Positions 1 through 9,895 of a stretch of DNA of 64,000 nucleotides are shown in pieces. Position 1 is the first letter of the stretch. Every line of letters begins with the position of its first letter. The notes under the pieces are model-generated. The model did no database searches. It was given only the letters and a program-made list of their open reading frames with translations, and was not told the DNA's origin. The position numbers were made by a program, and so were the translations under genes. This DNA is from an uncultured bacterium (GTDB lineage Bacteria; Hydrothermota; Tepidihabitantia; SM23-42): the NCBI GenBank assembly GCA_964419565.1, contig CAYQPW010000008.1, forward strand, positions 28,284 through 92,283, read 5' to 3'.

Positions 1-2094
1 TGCAATGAATACTTTGATTTTCTCAAGTTCTTTCTTCTTGGCCACAATTTCCTTGTCGAGCTTTTCTTTATCCGTTTTTAATCTTGAGATATTCGTTTTC
101 AAATCATCCATTTTTGCCACCATGGTGACGGTTTCTTTCTTCTGTTTCTGAAGCGCGGTCAGTTCTTGCTTGGTATCTTTTAACTCCTCTTTGAGTTGCT
201 CCTTCTTTTCATCGATTTCTTTATTGATATCAACGAGCTCCTGCCGTCTCTTATCCAGCTTGGATATCATATCCGCCTCAATGACTTTGGCCTTTTCTAT
301 CCCTCCTTCAAGCTCAGAATGTTTTATCTTTAAATCACCGAGTTTTTCTCCTACTTCCTCAACGTTTTTTGCCATTTTCTCGACATCAGCTCTATACTTA
401 TCCCGTTGTTTAATGAGTTCCTTGGTTTCTTTCTTCAATTCAACCGTCGAGGCTTCCTCCTCTTTTTTGAGCATTTCTAGTTTTTCGCTGAGTTTGTTCA
501 CTCTTTCTTCGCGCTCTGATATTTTTCCTTCGATCAGATTGAGTTCCTTCTTGCGCGTATCGAGCAATTGTTTGACCTTTTCATCTTGTTCGACAGCCAA
601 TTTGATCTCTTCGTATTCCTCTTTCATCTTCGGTAAAGAATTGGTTATTTCTTGATATTCGCTATCAACTTCCTTGAGTTTCGCTTCCTTTTCATCGAGT
701 TCTTCGGTTACCTTAGCGAGCGTAGCTTTTTTATCTTTGAGTTCCGCATCGATCGCTTCGTATTTATCGGCTTCCGGTTTTAATTCGGCTATTTTCTTTT
801 TTGCTAACTCGATGGATTCGCCTAATTCCTGGGCTTCTTTTTTCTTGTGATCAAAGTCAGATTTAATCTTTTCGTATTCAGGCTCCAACTTACGTAAATC
901 TTGTTCTTTTTCTTTGAGCTCCGTAACTCTAGGTTCAAGATCATCGTGATCTTCCCTCAACTTTTCCAGGTTCTCATTCAGGGTGTCGAATTCCTTTTGA
1001 TTTTTGGCTAATTCCTTTTCTAAAGAAACACTTTCCTTTTTGGAGGTTTTATATTTTTCATCAAGTTCTTTGAATGATGTCTCGAGGGTACTGAACTCCA
1101 GTTGAAACTGTGAAATATTCGAAACAAGTTCAGCCTCTTCTTCTTTCATATTTTTAAGGTCTGCAGCCACTTTGTCGTGTTCTTCTTTGAGCTTCGTAAA
1201 TTCGCTATTTTCTTTTTCAAGGTTTTGTTTTTCCGCAGTAAGGTTGCCAATGTCCTCGTTCAGCTGCTCAAGAGTCCCTGTTTTGTCCTTTATTTCGGCC
1301 TTTAATTCGCTAACCCTGGAAGTAAGCTCTGGCTTTTCCTTTTTCATTTCATCGATCAGGGATTCATCTTCTTCTTTTGTCTTGGTCAGGGTTTCTACCT
1401 CAGCGCTGAGTTCTTCGAATCTTGTTTGCTCTGAGTCCCTGCTCTTCTTCACCGTATCAAGTTCTTTGCTTAGCGAATTCTTCTCTTCGTTCATAATTTT
1501 CAGGTCTTTTTCTGTTGCTCGAAGATCCGCGAGAGCATTCCTCAATGTCTGTTCAATTTCCTGATATTCAGTCTTTAATTTTTCGGTTTTAACCTTGATG
1601 CCGTTATATTGTTTCTCCTGATCGCTTTGTCCCTTCTGTATTTTTGCCAATTCTTTTTCAGCGCTGCTGAGTTCTTTAGTCAGTGTAGAATGGCGGTTTC
1701 TCATCTCTTTCATTTGGCTGTCTATTTTTGATTTTTCATCATCCGTTTTCTCGATTTCTTTCCTAAGATCTTTTAAATTCTTTTCAAGTTTTTCTTTTTC
1801 TACGGATAATTTATTTATATCTTTTTGGGTTAACTCAATCTTCTTTGCATCTTTCCCGGTTGATTTCAGGGATTCCTTCAGAGATTTTTCCTCTTTCTTC
1901 AGTGCTTCGATATTCTTTTTTAAATCATCAAGTTCACCGGATATTTCCATCTGTGAGGAATATGTTTCAGCTATTTTATCCTCTATGTCTTTTAATTCCT
2001 TTTTCTTCGCAACCAGATCCTTTTCAGCTTGTTCTATTTTTCCGAGTTTTTCTTCGAGATCGGCTAATATATCGACATCATCTTTTTTTGCCAT
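1..2094 (-). CDS. Very long K/E-rich coiled-coil protein (>=698 aa in window, 3' end runs off window start); no P-loop at N-terminus
   Basis: Own translation of minus strand from ATG (complement 2092-2094) preceded by GGGG RBS: MAKKDDVDILADLEEKLGKIEQAEKDLVAKKKELKD..., continuous heptad-like K/E/L-rich frame open to position 1; absent from ORF track because no in-window stop. Confidence 0.6.
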   Translation of the reverse strand, partial: MAKKDDVDILADLEEKLGKIEQAEKDLVAKKKELKDIEDKIAETYSSQMEISGELDDLKKNIEALKKEEKSLKESLKSTGKDAKKIELTQKDINKLSVEKEKLEKNLKDLRKEIEKTDDEKSKIDSQMKEMRNRHSTLTKELSSAEKELAKIQKGQSDQEKQYNGIKVKTEKLKTEYQEIEQTLRNALADLRATEKDLKIMNEEKNSLSKELDTVKKSRDSEQTRFEELSAEVETLTKTKEEDESLIDEMKKEKPELTSRVSELKAEIKDKTGTLEQLNEDIGNLTAEKQNLEKENSEFTKLKEEHDKVAADLKNMKEEEAELVSNISQFQLEFSTLETSFKELDEKYKTSKKESVSLEKELAKNQKEFDTLNENLEKLREDHDDLEPRVTELKEKEQDLRKLEPEYEKIKSDFDHKKKEAQELGESIELAKKKIAELKPEADKYEAIDAELKDKKATLAKVTEELDEKEAKLKEVDSEYQEITNSLPKMKEEYEEIKLAVEQDEKVKQLLDTRKKELNLIEGKISEREERVNKLSEKLEMLKKEEEASTVELKKETKELIKQRDKYRADVEKMAKNVEEVGEKLGDLKIKHSELEGGIEKAKVIEADMISKLDKRRQELVDINKEIDEKKEQLKEELKDTKQELTALQKQKKETVTMVAKMDDLKTNISRLKTDKEKLDKEIVAKKKELEKIKVFIA

Positions 2095-2102
2095 TATACC
2101 CC

Positions 2103-5100
2103 CTATGGTTCAACGTAAACCATTTTAGCAGTTTTCTCCTCCCGAGCCATGGGTTTGGATAGTACAGACCAGCGTTTTCCTAATGGAGAGACATATTTTG
2201 TTCTAACCAAGCCCAGGGGATGTGGTTTTATTCCTAAGATATCTTTTTGTACAGCAAAATTTTGTAATCGGTGGTAAAGAAAAATACCCGGTGCTTCATC
2301 GAGTATCTTTCTCTCGATTTTTTGATATAATATATTTCTTTGGTTGAAATTTCTTAATTTCCTTGCTTGATCAATATCGTGATCAATGTCCGGTGATGAA
2401 AAGAAGAAAGTATTTCCAGAACGGCCGCGCGACGTTGAATGGAACAAGGGATAAACGAAATTATCCGGATCTCCATTATCACTTACCCAACCCCGAAAAG
2501 ACAGTAAAGAATCACCCGCATACGTTTTTTCGATCATATTATGCCACGGCATAGGATTTATCTCGATGCGTACGCCGATCTTCACAAGGCTTTGCTTGAT
2601 ATACTCAGCTCGCTTTATTGCTGTTGCCGTATCAGTTATATCGAGTTTGTAAATATCAGGTAATCCTTTGGCAAAACCGGCGTCCTTAAGTAAACTCATA
2701 CTTTTCCCGGGATCAAATGCATAACCCTCGAGTTGATGATTGAAAACCTTCATTGATGGGGGGAAGATACCTTTTGCTTTGATCGCAGAACCTTTGAGGA
2801 ATTTATTGACCAGCTCATTGGTATTAATGGCATAGGATAAAGCCTGCCTGATTAATCTATTATTAAAAGGTTCTTTCTCGCAATTGATACAGATATATTG
2901 TATTGAGAGCTCGGGTATCGTATAGAGCGATTTTGGCATTTCCGTTCTTATTCGTTTCAGCGCTTCGCCAGTGGGTTGGAAAATGGAAAGAGATCGATTC
3001 TTGAACAGCTCATAACCTACGGTTTCGTCCTTTATAATGAGAAAATAGAACTCATCTATAGTGGGTCTTCCTTCGAAGTAGTGGTCATTAGAATGAAGGA
3101 TAATTCTGTTGCCTTTTTCCCAGGCAACTAATTTAAAAGGTCCGGCGCCCACAGGTACTTCCTCATCCAGGTATGGGTCTGCGATATTGCATGCCAGGTT
3201 TGCCAGGATGGGTCGAAAGGGATATTCTAAATTAACTTTCAGGGTGGATTTGTTTATTACTTCTACTCCGATACCCTGCCCTTCGTTACTTTCAGCTAGT
3301 TCTTGGGCACCGCTGATCATATCATAGAAACTTTTATTCGGTCCTCTGAGAGCTCTTAAAATCGCTTCTTTGATGTCTTGGGCATGAATCGGGCGGCCAT
3401 TATGATACTTCAAATTGTCCCGCAGATGGAAGATATATTCTCGACCGTCTTTTGATATTGAATAATCCTGGCAGAGGCCTGGTATTATATCCGCTCCACT
3501 GCCAAATTGGAATAATCCTGCAGAACAATTACAAATTATCTGATGCGAATTGACATCTGTTTTGCGGTCCGGTTTTAAAGTCAGTGGTTCACTCGATAAG
3601 CTCGCGGTTAAGATCCTTTTAGCTTTGACGTAAACCGGAGTCTGATCCGAGGCTTTGATGAACAGTTTCTTCAGAACATTATTTAATTCAGAAATTTTTG
3701 TAATAATAGCTTCATAAGATTGCCATACATTGCTCAGTTTTTTGTTCTCCTTGTCCACAGCACTGACAACGTTGGAAATTGTTTCTGCTTGTTTTTTTTC
3801 TTCTCCGAAAACACGGCTGATATCGTCGAGGAATATTTTAATTTTTGAATAATCTGGGGGTCTGATCCTCATGGGCAATGCAACCGCTCTTTTCTTGCCC
3901 AGTGCATGGCTATTTTTTCGTACCAAGGTCAGTTGTGGAATTATACTGGCAAATGCCTGTTCAGTTTCTGCCTCAAGCTGGACAAATTCTTCAACAATAG
4001 GTGAGATCATATCTATATATATTGAACTTCTTCCTTGCTCAATTTTCGCAAATACTGATAGCGTCTTGATCCGGTTGAATATCTTGGCGGTGGATGAAAC
4101 GAGCTTTTCAACCTTTTTTATTTCAATATCAATTTCCTTCCCCAGATTGTCGAACCGATCATAAATCGTTTGGATCTCTTTAAGAAACTTTTCAATCTTC
4201 GTGCCGAGATCGATAATTTCAGTCATATCCCCGGCCAGGGTTTCTTTATACCCGTGGATTTCTTCAAGGGAATTATATAATACATCGATTTGTGCAGTCA
4301 TATTACCGATACTGTGGTAAATCTTGCTTGGAAAAAGCGGCGGTTTCTTGCGTCCCGAGAATTTTTCGATTGTTCTCATGTTTTCCTGTAAGAAAAAATT
4401 ATATTGCCCTTCTAAATATGACATATTCATCATTTCAACAAGACGCGGATCCTGATCTTTAGTTAGTAACATTGTTTCACTGAGGCTGCATAAAGTCTGA
4501 GCCAGGGAATTTATTTGATTACAATGAATTGAAATCTCATCGATCGTATTCAGTGAGGTGGTAAGCTGTTTTCTCAAGACGTCCAGACCTTCTGATACGC
4601 TCGATTGCAGTTGATTGTTGACGATACTGTTTTGTTCCAGCTGGGTTATTATATTTTGCAAGGATGCGGTTGTGTCATCTATTGTTCTTAGAGATTGGAA
4701 CGACTTCGTGAGTAATCCGCGCGCGCGCGAAGACAGTTCGATAGTCTTGCCGAGTTCCAGAATTACGGGTTTGGTAAGTTGCTCGAGATTATTCAATAGA
4801 TTAGTGAAATCCTGGAAAGGAAGTTGGGCAAGCCTGGCGAGTGATAGACACTCTTTAGCGATAATTGCCAGCCCCCTACCTTCTCTTTTTGCATGATGAG
4901 CGCATATCTCTGTATTTTTGGCGAGATTGGCGAGTGATTTAGCAGATTTCACAAAAAGATCTGCCTTATCCTGTATCTCTTGCAGCATATTGATCAAGGA
5001 TTTAAGTAATTCACTTATGGACAGTAACTGATCATTAATATCCTCCATCGTTGTTTCATATATGAAATATAAATCCTTTAATTTCAAAACATCCTGCTGC

Positions 5101-5288
5101 AATGTCTTAGAATAATCATGAATTATATGTATTAATTCATCACCCCGTGAGAAATGAGCAAAGAGAACCTCTAATTCACGAGTGAGCTTCTGAATATTAT
5201 CATTATTTTTGTTCAACAATTGTGAGACTTCATTTACGTTATCCCCCAGGATTACAGTCTTTTTTAAGTATTCATTTATTTCTGTCAT
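2103..5288 (-). CDS. Fusion protein: N-terminal MCP-signalling-like domain(s) + C-terminal periplasmic solute-binding protein family 5 (OppA/DppA-like) domain; no signal peptide or TM
   Basis: ORF 2103..5354 trimmed to Met at 5288 (upstream part overlaps tRNA). Motif ANLAKNTEICAHHAKREGRGLAIIAKECLSLA (nt ~4838-4928) aligns to MCP hairpin-tip consensus [30 protein letters not shown]; C-terminal YIFHLRDNLKYHNGRPIHAQDI and GAGPFKLVAWEKGNRIILHSNDHYFEGRPTIDEFYF match SBP_bac_5 signatures. Confidence 0.7.
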   Translation of the reverse strand: MTEINEYLKKTVILGDNVNEVSQLLNKNNDNIQKLTRELEVLFAHFSRGDELIHIIHDYSKTLQQDVLKLKDLYFIYETTMEDINDQLLSISELLKSLINMLQEIQDKADLFVKSAKSLANLAKNTEICAHHAKREGRGLAIIAKECLSLARLAQLPFQDFTNLLNNLEQLTKPVILELGKTIELSSRARGLLTKSFQSLRTIDDTTASLQNIITQLEQNSIVNNQLQSSVSEGLDVLRKQLTTSLNTIDEISIHCNQINSLAQTLCSLSETMLLTKDQDPRLVEMMNMSYLEGQYNFFLQENMRTIEKFSGRKKPPLFPSKIYHSIGNMTAQIDVLYNSLEEIHGYKETLAGDMTEIIDLGTKIEKFLKEIQTIYDRFDNLGKEIDIEIKKVEKLVSSTAKIFNRIKTLSVFAKIEQGRSSIYIDMISPIVEEFVQLEAETEQAFASIIPQLTLVRKNSHALGKKRAVALPMRIRPPDYSKIKIFLDDISRVFGEEKKQAETISNVVSAVDKENKKLSNVWQSYEAIITKISELNNVLKKLFIKASDQTPVYVKAKRILTASLSSEPLTLKPDRKTDVNSHQIICNCSAGLFQFGSGADIIPGLCQDYSISKDGREYIFHLRDNLKYHNGRPIHAQDIKEAILRALRGPNKSFYDMISGAQELAESNEGQGIGVEVINKSTLKVNLEYPFRPILANLACNIADPYLDEEVPVGAGPFKLVAWEKGNRIILHSNDHYFEGRPTIDEFYFLIIKDETVGYELFKNRSLSIFQPTGEALKRIRTEMPKSLYTIPELSIQYICINCEKEPFNNRLIRQALSYAINTNELVNKFLKGSAIKAKGIFPPSMKVFNHQLEGYAFDPGKSMSLLKDAGFAKGLPDIYKLDITDTATAIKRAEYIKQSLVKIGVRIEINPMPWHNMIEKTYAGDSLLSFRGWVSDNGDPDNFVYPLFHSTSRGRSGNTFFFSSPDIDHDIDQARKLRNFNQRNILYQKIERKILDEAPGIFLYHRLQNFAVQKDILGIKPHPLGLVRTKYVSPLGKRWSVLSKPMAREEKTAKMVYVEP

Positions 5289-5296
5289 AGCTCTAG

Positions 5297-5369
5297 TAGC
5301 GGCGGAGGGATTTGAACCCCCGACACAGAGATTATGATTCTCCTGCTCTGCCAACTGAGCTACGCCGCC
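5297..5369 (-). tRNA. tRNA with CAT anticodon (Met / initiator / Ile2-lysidine not distinguishable)
   Basis: revcomp GGCGGCGTAGCTCAGTTGGCAGAGCAGGAGAATCATAATCTCTGTGTCGGGGGTTCAAATCCCTCCGCCGCTA folds as cloverleaf; anticodon loop ATCATAA. Confidence 0.85.
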
Positions 5370-5378
5370 TCAATCAGA

Positions 5379-5406
5379 ATTATATCTATAAATATTGTAT
5401 TGTCAA
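5379..5406 (-). promoter_or_regulatory. sigma70-like promoter TTGACA-N16-TATAAT driving tRNA(CAT) and downstream genes
   Basis: minus-strand TTGACAatacaatatttatagaTATAAT, -10 ends 9 nt before tRNA 5' end. Confidence 0.5.
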
Positions 5407-5535
5407 TGACGATTGGAATCTACGCTTGATGCATACTGGGCGAATAGTCGAATGCTGAAATATTAGCAGTTACCGTTCAACGAATTGTATTGTTGTGTTC
5501 CTGGTTGACTTCATACAAAAAAATGGTATTCTTCT

Positions 5536-6861
5536 ATGCCGATTATGCGAATTCCGATAACGATAAAATTCAGCACTTTGATATTTCTTCTAATCGTAGT
5601 GATTACGGGCGTAATATTCTGGTTCACACTGAATCGGGTAAGAGATGCTTTAACTCAAGAAATAAAACTTCAGGGCGAAATATTGGCGAATCTCATTGCT
5701 TTAAATGCCGAAGATCCGATAATAGCCAAAGATGATCTATATCTTGCGCGGCTGGTAAACGACGCGATCAAGAATGAAGGTGTAAGGTATACATACATTG
5801 TTGATAGTGATCAAATCATTCTCGCTTATGATAAGATGGACTGGATAGGACGGTCTGCTGACTCGATTATTAGGCCGGAAAACACATACCATGTAACACG
5901 GCCAATTGTGTTGGCTGGTAGAAAAAAGATCGGGGAAGTCCACGTCGGGCTTGATATTGAACGAATAAGCAAAATAACGAATAATATGCAGATTATCCTT
6001 ATTCTGATTTCCGTCATGGGATTACTTCTTGGCACGTTTGGTGCTATGTTACTCTCAAGATATTTGACCCGACCCATTCATGAACTTGTCGATGGCTTCA
6101 AAGCGATCGCTAATGGTGATCTTCGCCAGGTGCTCAGTAAAAAATCTGATGATGAGATCGGTGATTTAATGTCCGCGTTCAACCAGATGACCCAAAGCTT
6201 AATGGAAAAAGAGCAGATTAAGGATGCTTTTCGGAGATATGTATCGCGTCAGGTAGCTGAAGAAATATTTAAGAATCCGGATCAGTATATCGATACCTTA
6301 CGCGGAACCAGGCGCAAAGTTACTATACTCTTTGCCGATATACGGGGGTTTACACCACTGACCGAACGTTTGTCTGCCGAGGATGTTGTTACACTACTCA
6401 ATGAAGTTCTAACTAGTATGACAAAGGTGATATTCAAGCATGAAGGCACCGTCGATAAATTCATAGGCGACTCTATAATGGCTGTTTTCGGCGCACCAAT
6501 TGCCCATGTTGATGACACGGATCGATCGATACATGCGGCAGTCGAGATTCAAAGAGCCGTTCAGGAAATGAGTGAACAACGTAGAAGGGAAGAACGCGAA
6601 ATGATCAATGTGGGCATTGGGATTAATGCTGGTGAGGTGGTCGTTGGGAATATCGGCGCAAAAGTTCGTCTTGACTATACTGTGATCGGCGCGTCAGTTA
6701 ATATCGCAAATAGACTTCAGGAAGTGGCGAGTGGAGGTGAAATAGTTATTTCAGAAAGCGTTTTTAAGGAGACTACCGCGCCTTATAAGTATTCTGAGCC
6801 CATGCTCATCAAGGTAAAAGGAAAAGAAGATCCGGTTAAGATTTACCGGGTCTTGTATTGA
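5536..6861 (+). CDS. Membrane-anchored class III adenylate/guanylate cyclase (2 TM + HAMP-like linker + CHD cyclase domain)
   Basis: ORF 441 aa; TM segments, HAMP-like IANGDLRQV..., cyclase motifs ILFADIRGFTPLTE, KFIGDSIMAVFGAP, GINAGEVVVGNIG; alternative start at 5545. Confidence 0.85.
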   Translation: MPIMRIPITIKFSTLIFLLIVVITGVIFWFTLNRVRDALTQEIKLQGEILANLIALNAEDPIIAKDDLYLARLVNDAIKNEGVRYTYIVDSDQIILAYDKMDWIGRSADSIIRPENTYHVTRPIVLAGRKKIGEVHVGLDIERISKITNNMQIILILISVMGLLLGTFGAMLLSRYLTRPIHELVDGFKAIANGDLRQVLSKKSDDEIGDLMSAFNQMTQSLMEKEQIKDAFRRYVSRQVAEEIFKNPDQYIDTLRGTRRKVTILFADIRGFTPLTERLSAEDVVTLLNEVLTSMTKVIFKHEGTVDKFIGDSIMAVFGAPIAHVDDTDRSIHAAVEIQRAVQEMSEQRRREEREMINVGIGINAGEVVVGNIGAKVRLDYTVIGASVNIANRLQEVASGGEIVISESVFKETTAPYKYSEPMLIKVKGKEDPVKIYRVLY

Positions 6862-6862
6862 T

Positions 6863-7951
6863 TTAACCGATGATCAAACTGAATATCGCTCCGCTCAAAA
6901 TTAAAAATATTGGTTCAATTTTGAGCAAAAGTAAGATTATTAAAATTATCAGGCCAAAAATTCCATAAGGTACATTAACCCAATTTAAAAGGACAAAACT
7001 AATCCCCGTAGATAGTAAGATAGCTACAACCGCAGATTTAATACCAGTAAAAAAGGACATAACGAATTTATTATTACAGATCCTTTTGTAGATTTTAACC
7101 AGGACAATCAACATAATAAAAGAAGGAATGAAAATGCAGAATGAAGCTATGATCGCACCCGGTATGCCCATTACTTTTAAACCGACAAAGGTCGCCGTTA
7201 TCGCTACCGGTCCCGGGGTCATTTGGCCTAATGCCATGCCGTTAAGAAATTCTTGGGGAGTGAGCCAGGTTCGAGTAGTGCAGACCTCGTTTTTAATAAA
7301 AGGTATAGCTGCATAACCGCCGCCAAAGATAATCGCGCCTATTTTAAGGAATATCGCAGCTAAAGTGAGCGCCTTTTTCGGTTCAAATACGAATAATGGA
7401 ACAGCAAGCAAGCAGCGCTCGACATTTTTGACATAATCTAACATGACTCTAAGAAAACCACAGAGAAGAACCGTGAAGATAGGGTCAAATTTTACTAAGA
7501 AAAGTACTAAAGCGAAGAAGAAAATAATAAGACCCTTAATATCTTTAATAAGAACCTTGCCCATATCATATGCAGCCCAGAGAATTATCGATGTCATGAC
7601 TGCGCTAATCCCTTTAAATATTTGTGCAACTCCTGGCAGTGACTGGTAAGTAAGATAGAACCATGATAGAATTACCATAAGAACGAAAGAAGGCAGGAGT
7701 AAGGCGATCGCGGCGATCGCCGCTCCTTTCATCCCGAATAGGTGATATCCTATATATTCACAGTAATTCGGGATGAAAGGACCTGGTAATATCTGTCCCA
7801 TTGCCACTGCCGTACAGAGATCATCGTCGTCTATCAATTTTTTCTTTTTTACACATTCATTCCGTAGAATAGCAAGCATGCCAATACCACCACCAAACCC
7901 AAAAAGGCCAACTTTAAAAAGGGCTTTTGCTAAATCTTTAAGGGTTTTCAC
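6863..7951 (-). CDS. chrA: Chromate transporter ChrA family (two CHR domains)
   Basis: 362 aa polytopic membrane protein with duplicated FGGG...P motifs (GLFGFGGGIGMLAI; GAIIFGGGYAAIPF). Confidence 0.8.
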   Translation of the reverse strand: MKTLKDLAKALFKVGLFGFGGGIGMLAILRNECVKKKKLIDDDDLCTAVAMGQILPGPFIPNYCEYIGYHLFGMKGAAIAAIALLLPSFVLMVILSWFYLTYQSLPGVAQIFKGISAVMTSIILWAAYDMGKVLIKDIKGLIIFFFALVLFLVKFDPIFTVLLCGFLRVMLDYVKNVERCLLAVPLFVFEPKKALTLAAIFLKIGAIIFGGGYAAIPFIKNEVCTTRTWLTPQEFLNGMALGQMTPGPVAITATFVGLKVMGIPGAIIASFCIFIPSFIMLIVLVKIYKRICNNKFVMSFFTGIKSAVVAILLSTGISFVLLNWVNVPYGIFGLIILIILLLLKIEPIFLILSGAIFSLIIG

Positions 7952-8748
7952 TTGTTATAACTAGCGGTTTGGTAACCGGCAAGATCGAGGACCACAGACT
8001 CATAACCGAGTCGCTTAAAGTACCTCACAATGCGCTTGCTATTATCTAATATGAAATTGAATTCCGCAGTATAGACTTCGATGCGGGCTACAGGGAAATG
8101 ATCGCGCACCCGGATTTGGGAAAGGTCTAATCGTCTTAAGTAGTTCTCTGCTCGATCGATCCGTTCCAGGATTTTTTTATCTATTTTTTCTCCATAAGGG
8201 ATTCTCGATGCTAAGCATGCCATCGATGGTTTATTCCAGTTGGGTAGCTGTAATTTTCTGGCAGTCAAGCGGATCTCTTGTTTGGTTAAACCAACTTCAA
8301 TAAAAGGAGATAAGACTTTTAGTTTTCTTAAAGCTCTGAGCCCTGGTCGATGATCCGAGAGATCAGATTTGTTGCTTCCTTCAAGAACACTGAAGCCAAA
8401 TTTCGCAGCGATTGATTTTATCTGTTTGAATAATTGAAGTTTGCAGAGATAGCAGCGGTTTTTTGCATTACTGATAAATCGTGGGTTCGCTAACTCGCGG
8501 GTTCTGAGACAAATGTGCTTAACGCCCAAAGACTTAGCCAATTTCTTGGCATAAATAATATCTCTTTTCGGCTGAATCGGTGAAACGGCAGTAACCGCGA
8601 CGACATTGTTCTTCAATACATCGATCGTTAGTTTCAGTAACAGGGTTGAGTCGACGCCTCCTGAAAAGGCAACGACAGCACCTGGATACCTTTTTAAAAT
8701 ATTTTTTATTTCTATGATTTTGCTCTGTACCACCAAAGCCCTCTGCAT
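7948..8748 (-). CDS. PP-loop ATP pyrophosphatase, LarE-like sulfur transferase family (TIGR00268-like)
   Basis: SGGVDS PP-loop motif (AVVAFSGGVDSTLL), conserved Cys, ~266 aa. Confidence 0.7.
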   Translation of the reverse strand: MQRALVVQSKIIEIKNILKRYPGAVVAFSGGVDSTLLLKLTIDVLKNNVVAVTAVSPIQPKRDIIYAKKLAKSLGVKHICLRTRELANPRFISNAKNRCYLCKLQLFKQIKSIAAKFGFSVLEGSNKSDLSDHRPGLRALRKLKVLSPFIEVGLTKQEIRLTARKLQLPNWNKPSMACLASRIPYGEKIDKKILERIDRAENYLRRLDLSQIRVRDHFPVARIEVYTAEFNFILDNSKRIVRYFKRLGYESVVLDLAGYQTASYNK

Positions 8749-8797
8749 ACAGGGTTTGTATTTATAAAACTAGGACAAAATAGGTATGATGTAGTTT

Positions 8798-9064
8798 TTA
8801 AACTAAATAAGGTAAAAATTCTTTGCTGATCGGCGGCTGCTTGACCCAGCGGACGAGTTCATTTTTGTCATCAAGGACGATAACCGTTGGGATATCACTA
8901 ACTTCATGAAACGCACCCTCGGTTAAGCCATCGATCGTTTCCATATCATAATATTCTATTTTGGCATCGAATTTTTCTTTTTCCTTAAAATACTCGATTT
9001 TTTTACGTGCATCTTTGCATACTGGACATGTCGGCTTTCCAAAAATGAAGACTTTTTTCATCAT
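8798..9064 (-). CDS. Glutaredoxin/thioredoxin-like small CxxC protein
   Basis: 88 aa, N-terminal FGKPTCPVCKDARK thioredoxin-fold motif. Confidence 0.7.
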   Translation of the reverse strand: MMKKVFIFGKPTCPVCKDARKKIEYFKEKEKFDAKIEYYDMETIDGLTEGAFHEVSDIPTVIVLDDKNELVRWVKQPPISKEFLPYLV

Positions 9065-9236
9065 ACCTCCTCAAATTGCGGTTACTAAAAATATCTAATC
9101 TCCCAAACCCTGTTAGCTCCCAGCTATCTAAATGGCGCAAAACATACTTGTCGACACACAGCTATTTTTTCTATAGTGCCATATTCGCATCTAACACACT
9201 ATTCTAATCAGGATTCTGAAAATGTCAAGCGCAAAA

Positions 9237-9608
9237 TTACTCCCCTGTCTTTATTGATTTTAATTTAGCTTTGAAAACAACGGTTACAAGGAGTTCGATA
9301 AAAAAACCATAGATCATGCCCATTACGATTGAGCCGAAGAGAATGAATATTTCTTTTCCCGGAACCATAAAGCCGCTGAGCCCCATGGGGATGCTGAGAA
9401 CCGCACCCATTAGAATACCGTGAAACCACCACTTTATTCTCAAGACACTTATTCCGATTGCAAAGCCGATCAAACCACGACTAATAATGGTCGACAATAT
9501 TATTGCCCAGTGGAGAGGTTCTCCGCCTGAAGCGATCAACCACCAGCAGATAAACCCTGATACAAAACCGAAAAGTAGAGCGAGCCAGAATCTTTTTGCA
9601 TTGAACAT
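9237..9608 (-). CDS. Hypothetical small integral membrane protein (4 TM)
   Basis: ORF trimmed to Met preceded by GGAGG RBS (complement ~9613-9617); hydrophobic helices. Confidence 0.55.
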   Translation of the reverse strand: MFNAKRFWLALLFGFVSGFICWWLIASGGEPLHWAIILSTIISRGLIGFAIGISVLRIKWWFHGILMGAVLSIPMGLSGFMVPGKEIFILFGSIVMGMIYGFFIELLVTVVFKAKLKSIKTGE

Positions 9609-9895
9609 ATTGCCTCCTTTCCCTGATGAACGCAATACTAACCAAGATGGAGGGTAATGTCAAGACAACTGCTTCATTGACTGAGTAGCAATAATGAGTA
9701 AAATGATATCAGCGGTTATGCTGGTCCTGGAAAACGTAGTAAATGTTCGAGGGAGTTAACCTAAGGCAAGAAACCACTGTCTTATTGACGTTATGGTATT
9801 GCGAAACTTTTTGTTTAATCTTACGTATAGTATATATAGCACTTTGACGAGGGATTTTTGAGTAATTTTATTTATTAACAGAACAAGGAGTGGTA

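Noticed and set aside
170-2162. Plus-strand ORFs 170..655, 1172..1564, 1845..2162 (S/F/L-rich low-complexity translations)
   Set aside because: They are antisense readings of the K/E-rich coiled-coil gene on the minus strand; the low-complexity composition mirrors that gene, with no start context or homology.
5289-5354. N-terminal 22-aa extension of the 1083-aa minus-strand ORF (MAEQENHNLCVGGSNPSAATRA)
   Set aside because: It is the translation of the tRNA(CAT) gene (complement 5297..5369); CDS start moved to Met at 5288.
5490-5735. 81-aa plus-strand ORF overlapping the cyclase start
   Set aside because: Out-of-frame overlap with the cyclase TM-domain coding region; no homology.
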